Shown in pieces: positions 12,164-25,500 of a DNA stretch of 64,000 nucleotides. The first letter of the stretch is position 1. The number at the start of each line of letters is the position of its first letter. Below the pieces are notes generated by a model. It was given only the letters and a program-made list of their open reading frames with translations, did no database searches and was not told the origin of the DNA. This DNA is from Phoronis australis (lineage: Eukaryota > Animalia > Phoronida), in NCBI GenBank assembly GCA_002633005.1, contig NMRA01000108.1, forward strand, positions 415,006 to 479,005, given 5' to 3'. The position numbers and the translations under genes were made by a program.

Positions 12164-12968
12164 ATGCCCTGAGAAATGTGGAAAACCATTTTTGGTCGCC
12201 TTATTTTTGAAATCATTGATGAACTCGTGTTTCACACGGTTCCAAAATCAATTGCAGTGACAAACCAATTTAAAGCAATTGAAAAATCTTCAATGTGATT
12301 ATGTTCTTAACTTGGCTGTTTGATGACTTTGTGTAGTAGTTTTTGAAAGTGGGTGTCTTAAAATACTGCGTAGAATTGTCAACTGCGCTTCCCGCGTTTG
12401 AATTCTGTAATTACAAATGGATGCCTAGAAATATTCCAACTAATAAACATAGGAAAAATGTCACTTGAAATTCACATTTGCTGACACAATTGGTGAAGTC
12501 AGTGAGTATAATTAGTAGGCCAATCCTGGGACTGTAACAGACACAGCCAATGATTGCACGTCCAGTGAACATATGCCATTGTTTTTATCACAGCTGATTA
12601 TCCGCACTGATGAAAAATGTCTAGTGAAGCACCGCTTTGTCATGGAGTTTCTGGGATTTTTACTCTGTACGACTCTAGTCACCACAACTTAGTAACGCAA
12701 AAAGCATGTAAGCAGGCGCTATTTTCTTGGTGTTGACTTTAGTAAAAAATCGCTAAAATCTTCATCACATTGTGTGGAGAATAGGTGCTAAATTAGTACA
12801 ATTGATCGTTATTCACTGTATAAGTTGGCGTTTTGGTTTTTTCCTTCAATGTGGTCGTCTGTGCTCGTGTTCAATCAATAGTCAGGGGAACAGCCAGCCA
12901 GACTCGTTTTAGTATGCTGGTCATAAGAGCAGGTATGACAACCACTACATGCAGTTGGTTAGAATTAT

Positions 12969-13297
12969 GATACAGTTGTCAGGTTTGAAGTACCGTAAAT
13001 TAAAATTCTGAATGATTTGCTGGGATCTGGTCATGCAGTTTTGTAATTGAATCAGGCGAGCTGTTTTGCAGTCAATATTTTTGTTGCTAGTTCTTGAACT
13101 ATTAAGCTGGTCGTTGCGAGACTATACCGACCACTCGGCACAGTTGTTTATAGTTAAAAGATACAGTTGTCCTACAGTCAAGTTTGAAGTAAAGTAAACT
13201 CTTAGTTAGTTAGTTAGCTGTGAACAGTCACGCAGTTTTGTAATTGAAGCAAATGAGCTTTTTTTGCAATCAATATTTTTGTTGCTTGGTCATGAAC
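12969..13297. repeat. Diverged tandem pair (~130-bp unit); related fragment near 51538
   Basis: GATACAGTTGTC...CAGTTTTGTAATTGAA...CAATATTTTTGTTGCT at 12969 and 13160. Confidence 0.7.
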
Positions 13298-13394
13298 AAA
13301 AACTACTGGCTAATCCCAGGTCTTTTGAACAAGGTATAGTTGCCATTTTCTTTCGGTTAGAAAGTTGATGGTTGACCTGTTTGAGAGTTCTGAC

Positions 13395-13503
13395 TAGACT
13401 AGTTTGAGAGTAGACTAGTTTGAGAGTAGACTAGTTTGAAAGTAGACTAGTTTGAGAGTAGACTAGTTTGAAAGTAGACTAGTTTGAGAGTAGACTAGTT
13501 TAG
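13395..13503. repeat. 16-bp minisatellite (TAGACTAGTTTGARAG) x ~6.7
   Basis: Head-to-tail copies read directly. Confidence 0.95.
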
Positions 13504-15807
13504 AGGCATTTTCGTTCCACCGTAGTTCCCATCGTGAGGATTGTCCTTGTAAACTTAGGAGTTGGTGGAACTGTTCAGACTGGCTTGGGTTGTTAGTGTA
13601 CATCAAAGTTATGGCAGTTTGATATGCGGGTCATCGCTGTTATCGCAAGTGGCACTCCGAAAACATGCAGGCATTATTTTAAAAAAAATTGTGGTATCTT
13701 ATATATGATCGGTTCATCAATGAAATGCAGTGCTTACAGTTGTAAAATAGTGAATATCCGGGAAAAATCAAATAGTGTAGCATTTGCTGTTACTGACTAC
13801 GGCATCTGCCAATTGCTTAGTCACAATGAAGTTAACCATTCATACTGCATCTTAAGCGTTGAGGCTTTGCTGTTAAATCCACCTCTTTGCTGCGAAGTTA
13901 ACTTTCGCTGTTAGCTGTTATTCGTTGTGTCTATCAACATTTCCCAAAACATGTCGTTGGCATTGCTAAAGTACAGTTCGATCAGAAATTTGTTTTGCTG
14001 GTTTCTAGATACTCAAAAATTATACGAAAGTGAAACCAATTTGGTTATTTTTTATGTCGTAATGTAATTTTAGTAGAGAGAATGCTATCTTGAAGAATTG
14101 GTGGAAAAATGGCAAAAACAAGCAACAAGTAGCACATGTCTCATGGGCAGTTCAAAAGCACATCCACACGTTTCCTCCACAAATTTAGCTGCGAAATGGC
14201 TAATAACGACATTGATTTTGTAACTGGCTACTAGTTTTTTATTGGACATTCATTACAGTTGATGTATTGGTTGTAATTGGCAGTGTAAAGACATGCTTAT
14301 CTGCAGTCATCCCTGAAAGTGAGTTTTAGTTCTACGCAAGCTGGCGCCGATCTCCCTGCATTTCAATAATAGACTACAGGCTCGCGTCCATCGCAGGTTA
14401 CGTTTATCTGGCGCTCATTCTACATCATAGGTATATGAACTGTAACCACGGGTTCAACTCGACTTATAACATAGCTTTAAAAAGCAGCCACTGGGTAGAC
14501 CCTTGGGAGTTTAAGAAACGGTGCTGATAGATGCTTTTCATTGGATGATGCCTTTACAGATTTGTTAGGATCACATTTTCTGTAACCTGCAAATTGGGTG
14601 TCTAATTGTTACCACTTAATTCGTCTGCTGCTGGTGAATATTCCCGAGTAGTTGTGACTTAAATTCATTTTCTTTTCATGTGGCAGACACCACGTATTGG
14701 TCACATTTAAATGACATGCGCACACAAGGTCTGGAACAATGAAAGTGTTCGGAAAATGATTGATTAGCTTATGGGCTTTCAACGAAACACCTGTCTGTGA
14801 CGAGTCTCAAGAAGGACTCTTTTATGTCTGCCTGTCTGTTTGTCCCTGCAGGACAGCTGCATTGTTCATACCCACTGACCATGGTGTTCTGAACTGGGCT
14901 GTTGTTTTTTCCCGCATTTGTTACCTGTTATTCTAAAACGGACCGAAGTAAACCCATGTGACCGTGTTTGAAATCTCAAACAACATAAGTGTTGGGTGAG
15001 CACAAAACCTCACGGCCCAATTTCAAATTTTAGCATGAAACCTAATTTCTTTTTTATTTTCACAGTCAATTTTGTTAGACTTTTTTCGAATCATTTGAAT
15101 ATCCAAACAGTGGTTGTGTGTAGATTTCACGTAATGCAAAGCTCCATCTGTTGGCAGCACTAATTAATGCATTGTTGGACGGTTATTGGTTCGTAGACAT
15201 CTGGTGACATCAAAGTTAGGAAACTTTGTGACGATTTTACCTGTAGATGCATAAGTGACTGTACTTCGGGAGCAAGTTTTCGGTTATACAGAATTTGTTA
15301 AATGCACGACACTTTTCATTGTTCACAGTCTTTATTCCGTTACGTTCGTACTTTCGGAATAAAACTCTACTCTCAACTGAACATAGATTCAGTAACTGAC
15401 CTAGCGGCATAATTTAAAGACACACGATATTTCGAAACAGACTTGTTTCATTCTCAAGTGAAGATAAAATGACGCAGTAATGCCACCACAGAGTATAAGC
15501 TGACGAGACACGGATGTATAAGTGAATACATATCTTGCCGTACACTTTCATTTTCGAAATCACACTCCAGGCTTACACTCAGGATACTAGAATTTGCTTT
15601 TCAAGCAGCAACAAGTGTAGAGTGACACCTACAGCGGAGATTCGATCAACCTCCATCTGCCAAAATGGCGCCAGCTACGCATTGTGTTTTGATACCTTAA
15701 TCTCCATTTCTGTTAATTCAGGTGAACGGCTGAAATTGCGCATCATTATTACTAGCCGAGCACTATGTCACCTTCATTTAATGCCACAAGTGTTAAAAAA
15801 ATAAGTT

Positions 15808-16015
15808 GGTAAAATCTCACCAATTTTGCACAAAAATTATTACAAAATTGCCCTGTTTCTAACATTGTGAAGGTCGTTAATTGTTCAAAACATTGCCCGA
15901 TTTTAGCTATGGAAAAGCATTAATTTGATGTTGCTACATTCCTGTCATAAAAAGGAGACAATATGATTTATCATGTCGCCATATTTGTGTTCTTAATAGG
16001 TGATATTTTACTGTA
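15808..16015 (-). mobile_element. MITE family E copy (inverted)
   Basis: GGTAAAATCTCACCAATTT ... ATAGGTGATATTTTACTG-TA. Confidence 0.55.
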
Positions 16016-19000
16016 CCCGTAGGCAAAACTTTGTCTTGCAAAGCAGAAAAAGTTCAAGACTTTGAACATGATTCGAGGTAATGTTTGAAGCTGCTCAAGC
16101 GCTGCCCAAACACTTTCTGTAATGGTGCAGAGTCATATGTACAGTGAATGGCTACTTTCATGGATTAAGGCCAGCTAACCTTGCCTCCGTTCAACAGGAT
16201 GTCCGATCTAGGGCACTTGGTGCTTCTTATCATCAGAAATCATTTCAGAGAATTATTACTGTGGGTCTGCTGGTGCCCAGCCTTATGTATATGGGTCAAT
16301 TGGGAGGTCTTACACAATGCTTTAAAGGCATCAACGTCAATATGCACCACCAGAAATTTTGACGGGGGGTGGGGGTGTATACCAACCATCAAGCACCCTT
16401 TTGGAAAAGTGCTCAGTTGTATACCTTTTCTTTTTGACAGAAAGCGCCAACACTTTCTCTCAGTGACAGACTCCAGTGTCTTTCACACTGGGGGTGATGT
16501 GGTGAGTGTCTGTCAGTATGAAAGTTAAGTTGTTAAGTTTGGATTTCCATTGATGCTGTGCATTGCCAGCCTGTAGAATTTGATTTTTAAAGTTGCACCG
16601 CTCTGTCATTAATTGGGTTACGGTACCATGACTTTTTAGTTAACTAGCAAAAAGAGAAAAGTACATTGATAGCAAAATCACGGTATCAATAACATTGTCA
16701 AATTTTATTTGACATAAATGTTCAAGATGAGATCTCAAAAACACTGTTACTGTTTCTAAAGCATTTTGTTTTCGTTTCATGCAACTTTCAGAGTTCTTTC
16801 ATGAAAACCTTGACAGTCTTTTTTTTTGATAACCCCTCATGCAGAAGTGGAACATTCCTAACAATGTTTTGAAAAGCAGTGCATAAATAGAGAATCGTAC
16901 ACTCGTCTCAGGTTGAGGACATGGGCAAAACCACTTGGAAATTTCGTCAAAATCCTGAGGCAAGTGTGTAATGCGTATGGATTTCTACTTTGCACTACTT
17001 TGTGATTCGCCCATGTAATATCAAAAAATTATGAAGTCTGTTATTTACCAGTTGTGTCGTAACACATTCCAGTTTCATATGAATCTGATTAGCCATTTCA
17101 GAAATATGATATTGAGAATTTAGCCAAATTTGGACATATTTTGCAGGGTCCTACATAACCATGACCTGATTGATTGCAATGGTCACTTTTGCTTGCAGTT
17201 TGAAATCCCGGAAACTGTTGGCGTTTTCGCAATCAAACATGTAGCTAGACTGCTTAATTCAAAGGACACATGTTATTTAGGCATTTGCACCTCCGAAAAT
17301 CAATTCATTTCGGTGAGTGAGTGTTCTTTAACATCGATTTTTGCCTAAAAGCGATTCAGGTGATGAGAAAAGAAATGGCTGGCAAAAATCACCCATTCTA
17401 GGACAGCATGTAGTCACAAACTTCCATCAACTACAGACGATCAGTCACGCTGACATTACACTCTAAAGGAATGCACGAAAATGTTGCGTCAGTGGCAATT
17501 TTTGACGATTTTATAAAGAACACAAAAATCATGCATGTCCCTATCTTCAGAGTCAAGAAAATTCAGTTTCGGCTTGAGTTTCGGCGTAACAAATTTCAGA
17601 AACTGGCATAAACACCTAGGATAATGAACAAGGTGGATCAGCAGAAACCTTGTCTCTCTCCTCACAGAATTTCTTATTGGTTGACTAATGGGAGAAATTA
17701 CCGTGGCACCTGGTAACTGCATAGAGAAAACGCCTGTTACTTGTTCTGTTACTACCTTCGATGTTGTAATAAATACTTCGAATTTGGACAAAAATTATTT
17801 GTTAAAATTTCCAATTTTCAAAGTCCTACAACATTGTTGCAAATGCAAAATTTTATAAATTATCGGGTGAATGCCATACCACGAAATTCCATTGTTCTTG
17901 AAAATTTAGACAATGAGGTTCCACTAGCCAGAGATGTTTTTCTCAAGTGAAGAATTTTATTGTTCTCTGCTAGCATGGTGGCTTTTGTTGCATTTGTAGT
18001 TGGAAGTGGGAAGAATTTTTATTGTGTTTCTGTTAGCGTCCATTAGTTGGTTGTTAGTCCAATCTGTCTAGGTATTAAAAATTGATATAATTATACAGGT
18101 TCGTGTATAAAGGTTTGAGGCCGGGATTCTGTGAACTTCTAGCTATTGATTGGACAGTAGCATCCATTCTTGTCGAATTACAGGCTCGAGGTCATTCACA
18201 AATCTTGTACGCTGACACTGGTGAATTGAGTCTCCCGGTACGAAATATTCTACCATGTATCGGCAGTCTCGACTCTGGGTCAAATGTTGTGTTTGCATAG
18301 CATTTAAATAGGTTTTTGACATGCCGCTAACCTCCCTTTGACGCGAAATTCCTACCACTTATCAATTGATATAATCTGACTACGGTATATAGCAACTTCT
18401 GATAATACCGTTTCCCTGATGGGCCTCTGTCATCAAGAGTCTGGCAATGTTTGATGTAGCAGTAAGGTGTTAATACTGTGCTGTATAATAAGGGGTCAGA
18501 AACTTTCTAATACTGTTTTTAACATTGCTAACCTGCATGGGTGAAGGTGTTAGGGCATGTGATTGCGGGTTCCATTACATTTCACAAGCATTCTCTGAAA
18601 GAAAACACCGTACAGTGAAGGCAGTTTTGTACTGTGGACCATAGTTGCTTTAGGTTTTTACGCCTTTTAAGATTCGCTTTGTTGAGGCTGAACATGAATG
18701 AAACATTGTGGGAAATGGACTTGCATGGTTTATGTTGGACTTGTATGTGGGCAGTGTGTGTTTACCCAGGTATGCTGTTTATTGGCTTAACAAAAGGTCA
18801 CCCTAATATTTCTTGCCTCCTGTTTTTCACTGAGGTTTATCAGTGGAAATCTTTCCCCTGAAATAAATGCAGGTGTATGCAATGAAACCGAGCAGCATTT
18901 GAGAATTCAAACTTGGATTGTGAAACTGCATTCAATATGTCTTTGTGATAAGCTGTATTGCTGTCACCATTTTTTCATTTTGGTGTTATGTGGCCTGGCT

Positions 19001-19254
19001 GAAATGATAGGAACATACACACCTACGCAATCCACGGGTTTGTTCAACACACAAACAAAATCTTGTGTATTAAAGTTCTTAAGCTGCATTCCGCGCTGCC
19101 AGGAGGACTCAGTTGACTTAGTGCAGTCTAAAATATTGTCAGTTTTCTGATGATTCTCAAATTCTTATGTGGGAAACTACTGAGTTGACATGCTGGTTGT
19201 TGTTCATTTTTCCCTGTTTAAAAATGTATTTGCACGCTCGTAAGTGTGCTAATG

Positions 19255-19624
19255 TAAAGCAGGAACTAAATTTCATTGTCATTTTAACATAATCTGTGCT
19301 ATACAAAGTGCAGTTGTATTCATTGATAACTTGTAATTGTGAAAACAGAACATTCTGCATAAGGTGACCTTTGCACTAATAGTGCACTTCGCGGGCTCAC
19401 ATAGACCGCATCATGCAGTGTTATTCCCCAGCACCACGTCGTGATACTTTTTGGACACGGTGTAGTGATTTGCAGTGGATCATTTTCGCCACAAAACTGT
19501 TTCTTAAAAACATTAGGAAATTTTCTACCCACTTCATATTCACATCATCGCTATATCTTGTGTTTCTAACTAATTTGGCCATGCAATTACAGAGATGAGG
19601 AATTACCGCGCAAGTTCCACTAAA
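19255..19624 (+). mobile_element. Non-autonomous DNA element family D (Kolobok-like TTAA ends)
   Basis: Collinear with 51918-52251; ends TAAAGCAGGAACT...AGTTCCACTAAA. Confidence 0.75.
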
Positions 19625-20119
19625 TAAGGTTGTGAAGAATACATAGTACTGTGAAACGTTATCCGTACATAACTTCTTAATCTCAAGAATCATGTGTATG
19701 CTCAGATAATGAAATGCAGTTCTTAAGGTTGTGGAATGGCGTATATTTAGATCAAAGTATCACAAATATTAACGCAATGCTGAAGTTAACCCTTCACACT
19801 ACTCGCATCAAAGCGCCAATTCTCCACTGTCACATCTTACTGTTTTCTGCAAATTGGTTTTAATTTCGGTCCATGACCAAACTTAACTTTCACACCAAAA
19901 CACATGGACTGAACTTAACCTTTCACACCAAAACACATTGATGTTCAAGGTCTTTAGACGTTAACGACTGCTCAGTTGAGTTTGAAAATTCCCCTATGAG
20001 GGTTGCTAATTTTGCCAGTTTTGAAATTGCAGAAAAATTGCGATTCGTTGCCTCTAAATTCATTGGTCTGTTCAAAAACCACAGATACTGCTCCTTTGAT
20101 ATCACATTTGAAAGTCAAT

Positions 20120-22260
20120 CATGTGCCTCGGTAGATCAAGTATAGGATGTTGTACATGAAACTTCTGCATATAGTCTATAAATGATCTCACGTGCTTCAT
20201 AAATCACCAATCTCTCATGAGTCAGAACTTGTTGCATTGTTTGCAAAGCTCAAGGGGGTATTGATCCTTTTTGGCTTCCAGGACGAGTCAAAAGAGGTCA
20301 AGAAGAGCACTGAAATTTTTGGGTGTCCGAGTATCCTCCACAAAACTGATTTAAGTGTTCAATTCTCACTTTTGTAAATGTGTAATTTTTTGAGAGCTGT
20401 TGAAGTTGACGAATTCTTGCTCAGTCTCTTAAGGGGAGTCATCAGTTTGTGGCATTGTTTGTGATGATGGGAGAAGGTTTAGCAAGTTTGTAAACACAAA
20501 ACACTTAACTAAATGCCACGTGTCTGGTGTCTCGTTTTTCTGTGATGCTAGGATAAAACTTCTTAACTAGAATGACTTGTTGACTTTATGCTAAGACCTC
20601 CTTCACTAATAATGTATCTGTTCACATTATGAGGCAAAGTCACTAGCTAATCTACATGTGTTCAACTGCACACCAGTATGTCATCATTCATACATCCTTT
20701 AGTCATCATGTTAGAATTAATATTAGGGTTGTTATGGTCATGGCTCATCTCATCCTGCTAGGAAAAGTCTAATTATACTTGACACTGAGGCACAATTAAA
20801 AATAGTTGCCTTTGCGGTGGGTTCATGTGCTCTTTTTTAACAATTCACAGACTTCCTAAATAGTAGGGTAAAATCTAACCAATTTAGGGCACACTATGGC
20901 CGACAAGTGAAAGTTTATTTTATCATTTGTTCATGAAAAATATGTAGCACCAAATTAAAATGTTTTTCCATCTTCAAGTTTTGTTACACGGCTAGCCTGG
21001 GGCATTATTTTGAAAAAGTTTGAGGTGTTTATAACAGTGTGAAAAACAATTGAAAATTTTTGGCATTTATTTTTGTCCAAAATGGGGAAGAATTTACCGT
21101 ATATGTCTGATAAGAGGTGGCCTTTGGAAAGCCAAAATCTCTCAGCTTGCGTTACTCATTGACGGGGAAAACTAAGAAATTCAAACTAAACTTTTTGTTT
21201 TGAGGAGACTGTTAATTTGTGGGGGTTTTGTCGATTATGTCTGCTCCCTTTGCATTATTCATGGAGATATTTTCTGAATTACGCTAAGCTGTGCTTGTGT
21301 GTGGTAGTTTGGGTTGTGTTCACCAGGGGGCATTTTAATCTAGCTCTACCTCCTATGTTTTATTCAACACGTGCTTGAACCATTTTCAGTGGCATTAATA
21401 GACTTACCGGAGATTATGCTAATATTGACTTCTCTGGAATTTGGTAGCATTGTAGCGTTTCAAGTCTTTTTCCTTTTGGGCTGATTCTCATTAAGAGCAT
21501 CGTCAGATGTTTCTGTTTTGCTGAAGGATTCGATTTAAATGTCTTCTTCCTTGTCCCTTTGTGTGGCTATCAAATGTCAATCTTCATTGTCACACTTGGG
21601 TTTGAAGGCATTCTGCCCTACTGCGAGAAGGGTCTATACATTTAATAGCCATTGGGTATTCACTTAACAACACTTGGGCTTTTTTTAGCACTCGCAACAT
21701 TGCAGTCAAGTCTTGCAAAGTGGAAAAATGGCAACGTTAGCAAATATTTTTGTCCCAAATTGAGAACATTTCGCGAGATGTTTTTGCTCATGCCTAATGC
21801 ATCCTGCTGTTTTAAAAGATGGCCGTGTCCAGGCATTCTCAAGTTTGGTCCTAGCTTTAGCTCTCTTTTTTACTCTGGCCACAAATCGATCACTGATCGT
21901 TTTTCAGCATGACGTGCGACTCGTTAATTCAGCACTAAATGTTAGAGAATTCCAATGTCTTTTAAAAATTGCTAACCTGATATTCATCACTTTGAAGTAG
22001 TCTGGCCAAACAGAATTTGATATTTTCAGAACTGGAAAAACAGAGAAATTCATGTTTGCAAAAGGGTTTTCTCTTTTTGAAAATCAAGTTCTCTACTGTC
22101 TAGCTTAACAGTGCCTTCTTTGAAAACCTTCGTTGTGGTTCCGTTTTTTGGTGTAGGCTAACCCTTTGTTTTTTCATGATGTTTTAGCATTTTCTAACTC
22201 GAATAGAATGGAGTTCGTTGATTTCTTCAACCAGAAGATTCATTGCTGCCAATTAGATTT
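20120..22260 (-). pseudogene. Probable fossil hAT transposase fragments
   Basis: Minus strand, with frameshifts: WK..KDQYPL...ATSSDSERL (20211-20283) resembles the hAT dimerisation motif; ENAWTRPSFKTAGCIRHEQKH (~21775-21845) resembles a TTF-type zinc finger. Confidence 0.4.
20865..21101 (+). mobile_element. MITE family E copy
   Basis: GGTAAAATCTAACCAATTT ... TTTTGGCATTTATT ... AATTTACCG-TA. Confidence 0.65.
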
Positions 22261-22480
22261 ATGTCAGGTGTAAATTGTGTGCTTGGGTCTTACGTAATTA
22301 GGACTGTGTGGGGTCTTTATTAGACCGATGTAGCGATGTAGCGTCCCTTTATGCTGATTGCAGATGTAGCGTCCCTTTATGCTGATTGCAAGTTGCACCG
22401 TGCTCCCAATTAGTTTGCTTGTTGTTTGTCAGTTGGTAAGTGTTGCTAGTCTCGCTGTAATATTGCCACAATACTTTCAG

Positions 22481-22538
22481 GCTGGCCTGCTCAACACTAA
22501 TGGTGATCTGATCGGCGCTGCCTCACAACCCCGCGGAG
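22481..22538 (+). CDS. TFDP1: DP coding exon ([19 protein letters not shown])
   Basis: ctttcag acceptor, gtgagt donor; resembles human DP1 AGLIEANGEL; phase matches next exon. Confidence 0.8.
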
Positions 22539-25500
22539 GTGAGTATAATGTTGTGTACTGCCGGTCAACTACGGTCGTTATGGAAACGTAAGATGCGGAT
22601 GCTACGGCTCCTGGGGCAGAGTTTGTTCCCACATGTAATAAGATTATTTTCTAATTTGTTACCCACCCATCGAAAGGTCAATGAATGTTGAATTTGAGGT
22701 GCCAGATGAAACCGGATGAACCATGCAGCTTTGATTGTCATGTCCAGTTAAAATGGGCTATGTCAGTCATTTGTCTTCTGGGGCACATTCTGTAAAAACA
22801 TTTTTGGTCAACTGGGGCTAAAAAAGTTCAATAGCTGACTGTCAACTGTCACGATCTTTGTGTATGAATATGAGTTAATTGAAATTCTGCGAAGCCTGTT
22901 TATCTCAGTTGTGATGGCCATGGTATTTCTTCAGTTATTTTACTCATGAATAAGTAACGACCCATCCTTTTATAATTTTTCAATACTGGCTACAGTGTGT
23001 TGCGAATAATAAAAGTTTACCCGAGTGTTAACTATGTATTTCTTCACGTGCTTTGCTTTCGTTGAGAAATAAAATGAATGTAATTGTGCATTCTGCTGTA
23101 TTAACCAGGGCTGGTCACTGGGACTACATACCTTTGCTCTGGTTGTGTGGGTGTTGATAACAAAGACTGGAGCCCTTGAGATAATGGTTTGAAGCTTCAA
23201 TTATCTCCAGTGCTTTGGTACTCTGAATAGGACCTTTATACAATTCATGTTGGATGTGTTGACAAAGTCCACTGAAGAAAAGAGTTTTGTAACAGCATGT
23301 GAGAGAAAAGTCAAATCTCACTGCTGGTACCCAGGGCAGTGTTCAAATTTGGTTGACATAATGTGCAGGTCCTCGCCAGACTTGAAATTGTGCAACCTTT
23401 TGGTAAAGTGCTGAAAGAGGCATTTATAGTGAATGAGGAATTTATAAATCCACTGAAGAGGGACGGGGTGTAAAAGTTAGCTTCTCTAATTTTAGAATTA
23501 GAGGGTATTCGGAAGAGTTACAGCTGTTTTGTCCAAAGCGGCATGTACTCTTTGAGGTTGTCACTATGAATTTGCTCCATTGTCACAAAAGCTCTTCAAA
23601 TTTGAACTCTGTCATGGAATTGTTTCACCAGGCTCGCAGTTATTGATGAAGTGTAGCTGTGTATATGGTCTGGTTTAACTCCCTTCCACATCTGATCCAA
23701 ACACAGTAATACTGTGGATTATCTTGTTTATGTCTGACAAAGGGGTTAGTTGTTAGATGCGCACGGCTTTTCCAAGAGTTAAGAACATCTACTTTCACTA
23801 TCAATTTCAGTCAAATCAGGGATTGCGTGGAGTAAGCGTGCTCATTTTTTTGTCATTTTGTAACTAAAGCTTGTGAGTTTTATTGAGCCATGGGAATTCC
23901 CAAGTCCTTTCAGGAATCTGGATCTATGTAGAGATTGCTGTCTTTGTTGAACTAGTCGACTGGCATAATAAGAAAGGTTGTATTATTAGGTTGCAAGTCA
24001 AGCTCAGTCATCTATCCATGGGATTTAATTGACTATTAGTTGTAACACATGGATTATGTAATGACTGGAGTCGCTAATGAAGCAACAGGCACCTGTTTAA
24101 AGGAAGGTGTTGAGGTACTTACACAGAATCTTTCCCATATTGACAAATCCTTGCTGTGACTGTTCTCAAAATCAAATATCAAGTCTCCCTTTGCAGCTAA
24201 CAAATCTTTTAATTCTTGCACCTAAAACTTTGTTTGCCCAATAAGTTTAGGTCGGAGTATGTTGACAACATAACAAGGTGGCCCATGTAGACACAATGCA
24301 GATAGGTGGTGTCCAGGTGGAAGTATTGGGGGATTCATTGGTTTGCCTGTATTCAGGATATCCCAGGGTAAAGTTTTTTATTACGTTCTGGTGTAAAGTT
24401 AGATGATTACTATTGCTTTGGTTTGTCTTAAGACGGGTAACTGTACACCGTGTAAGATGATGGGGTGCAATTTGCACTTTTTGCGCCACGTTGAGAAGCA
24501 ATTAGAAATGCGTGCTACAGTGTCTGATCAGTGTTTTCCACTACATAAAATTCAAACGGAAATTTTGAAATTCGTGAGTTTGTTCGAAAATCCTTGTCTG
24601 TATTGTGTGAGATTTGTATAAACCTTGGAACCAGTGCTCAGGGTTGTCCATGTCCTATTTTAACAGGGCACTGTAACCTTTTTTAATTTCAGTGCCCTGA
24701 TTCAATTCTCCCACCCTGTTTTCCACCCGCTGTAAATTTGTTGTGTATAGCGTAAGCCATTTATATCCTGCTGTGTATTGTATAAAACGTGCTCTCGCTT
24801 GTACTTTTCAGATTAGCGAAAGAATAGTATCTTCACCCAAATACGCTCTTAATTACCAAAATTTTCTTCTTTGGGCACTGAACTATGTTTCTACACTTTA
24901 TGAAGTGGAGAATTCTGATGTGTTGAACCGGTGCCAAGCATCCAAAGTGTTCTGTTTTGTTGAACATCTGACTAAGACTCATCTCATGTGAGTTCAAATT
25001 GTATTGAGTTTTCGAACTCGCTTCGCACAAGCTAAACTTGTCATGGCAAAATCCAAACAATACCGCAACAAAACCTACCAAGTTCTTGAAAAAATGGTTT
25101 AAACTGACTCATGAGCTGGAGCATCTTTCTCCATTTTTGTACAGTGTCAAGCATGCCATGTGAACGAGGTGTAACTCTTTGGTTTCATCACTAACCAGAC
25201 TATGTTCTTCATTACAGCAATGATCGCCCTGTCAGTAGCTGGCTCCCCAGCATCTCAACAAATGATACTTCCCAAATCATCGTCACCAATGGTAAGGAAG
25301 ACCAGTGCTTGTATATCCAATCGCTAAGGCTAATGTTACAAAAATATTCTATCTGTTGCTAACACTGGAAAAGTTTATTTTGTTTTTGTTATTTTCTCTA
25401 AGTCCCATTCACGTTCTGTATTATAAAATCTGGCCAGCTTAGTACACGATGTGAAAGAGAAATCAAATTTCGTTTTCCCATTTTTCATTACCAAATATTA

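Noticed and set aside
14797-14822. Hammerhead-like TGACGAGTCTCAAGAAGGAC
   Set aside because: Lacks the leading C of CUGANGA and the GAAA core; at best a dead remnant
18100-18580. Possible LINE RT remnant on minus strand (DPLLY...LDD)
   Set aside because: Motifs too degenerate; no recognisable QG/YADD
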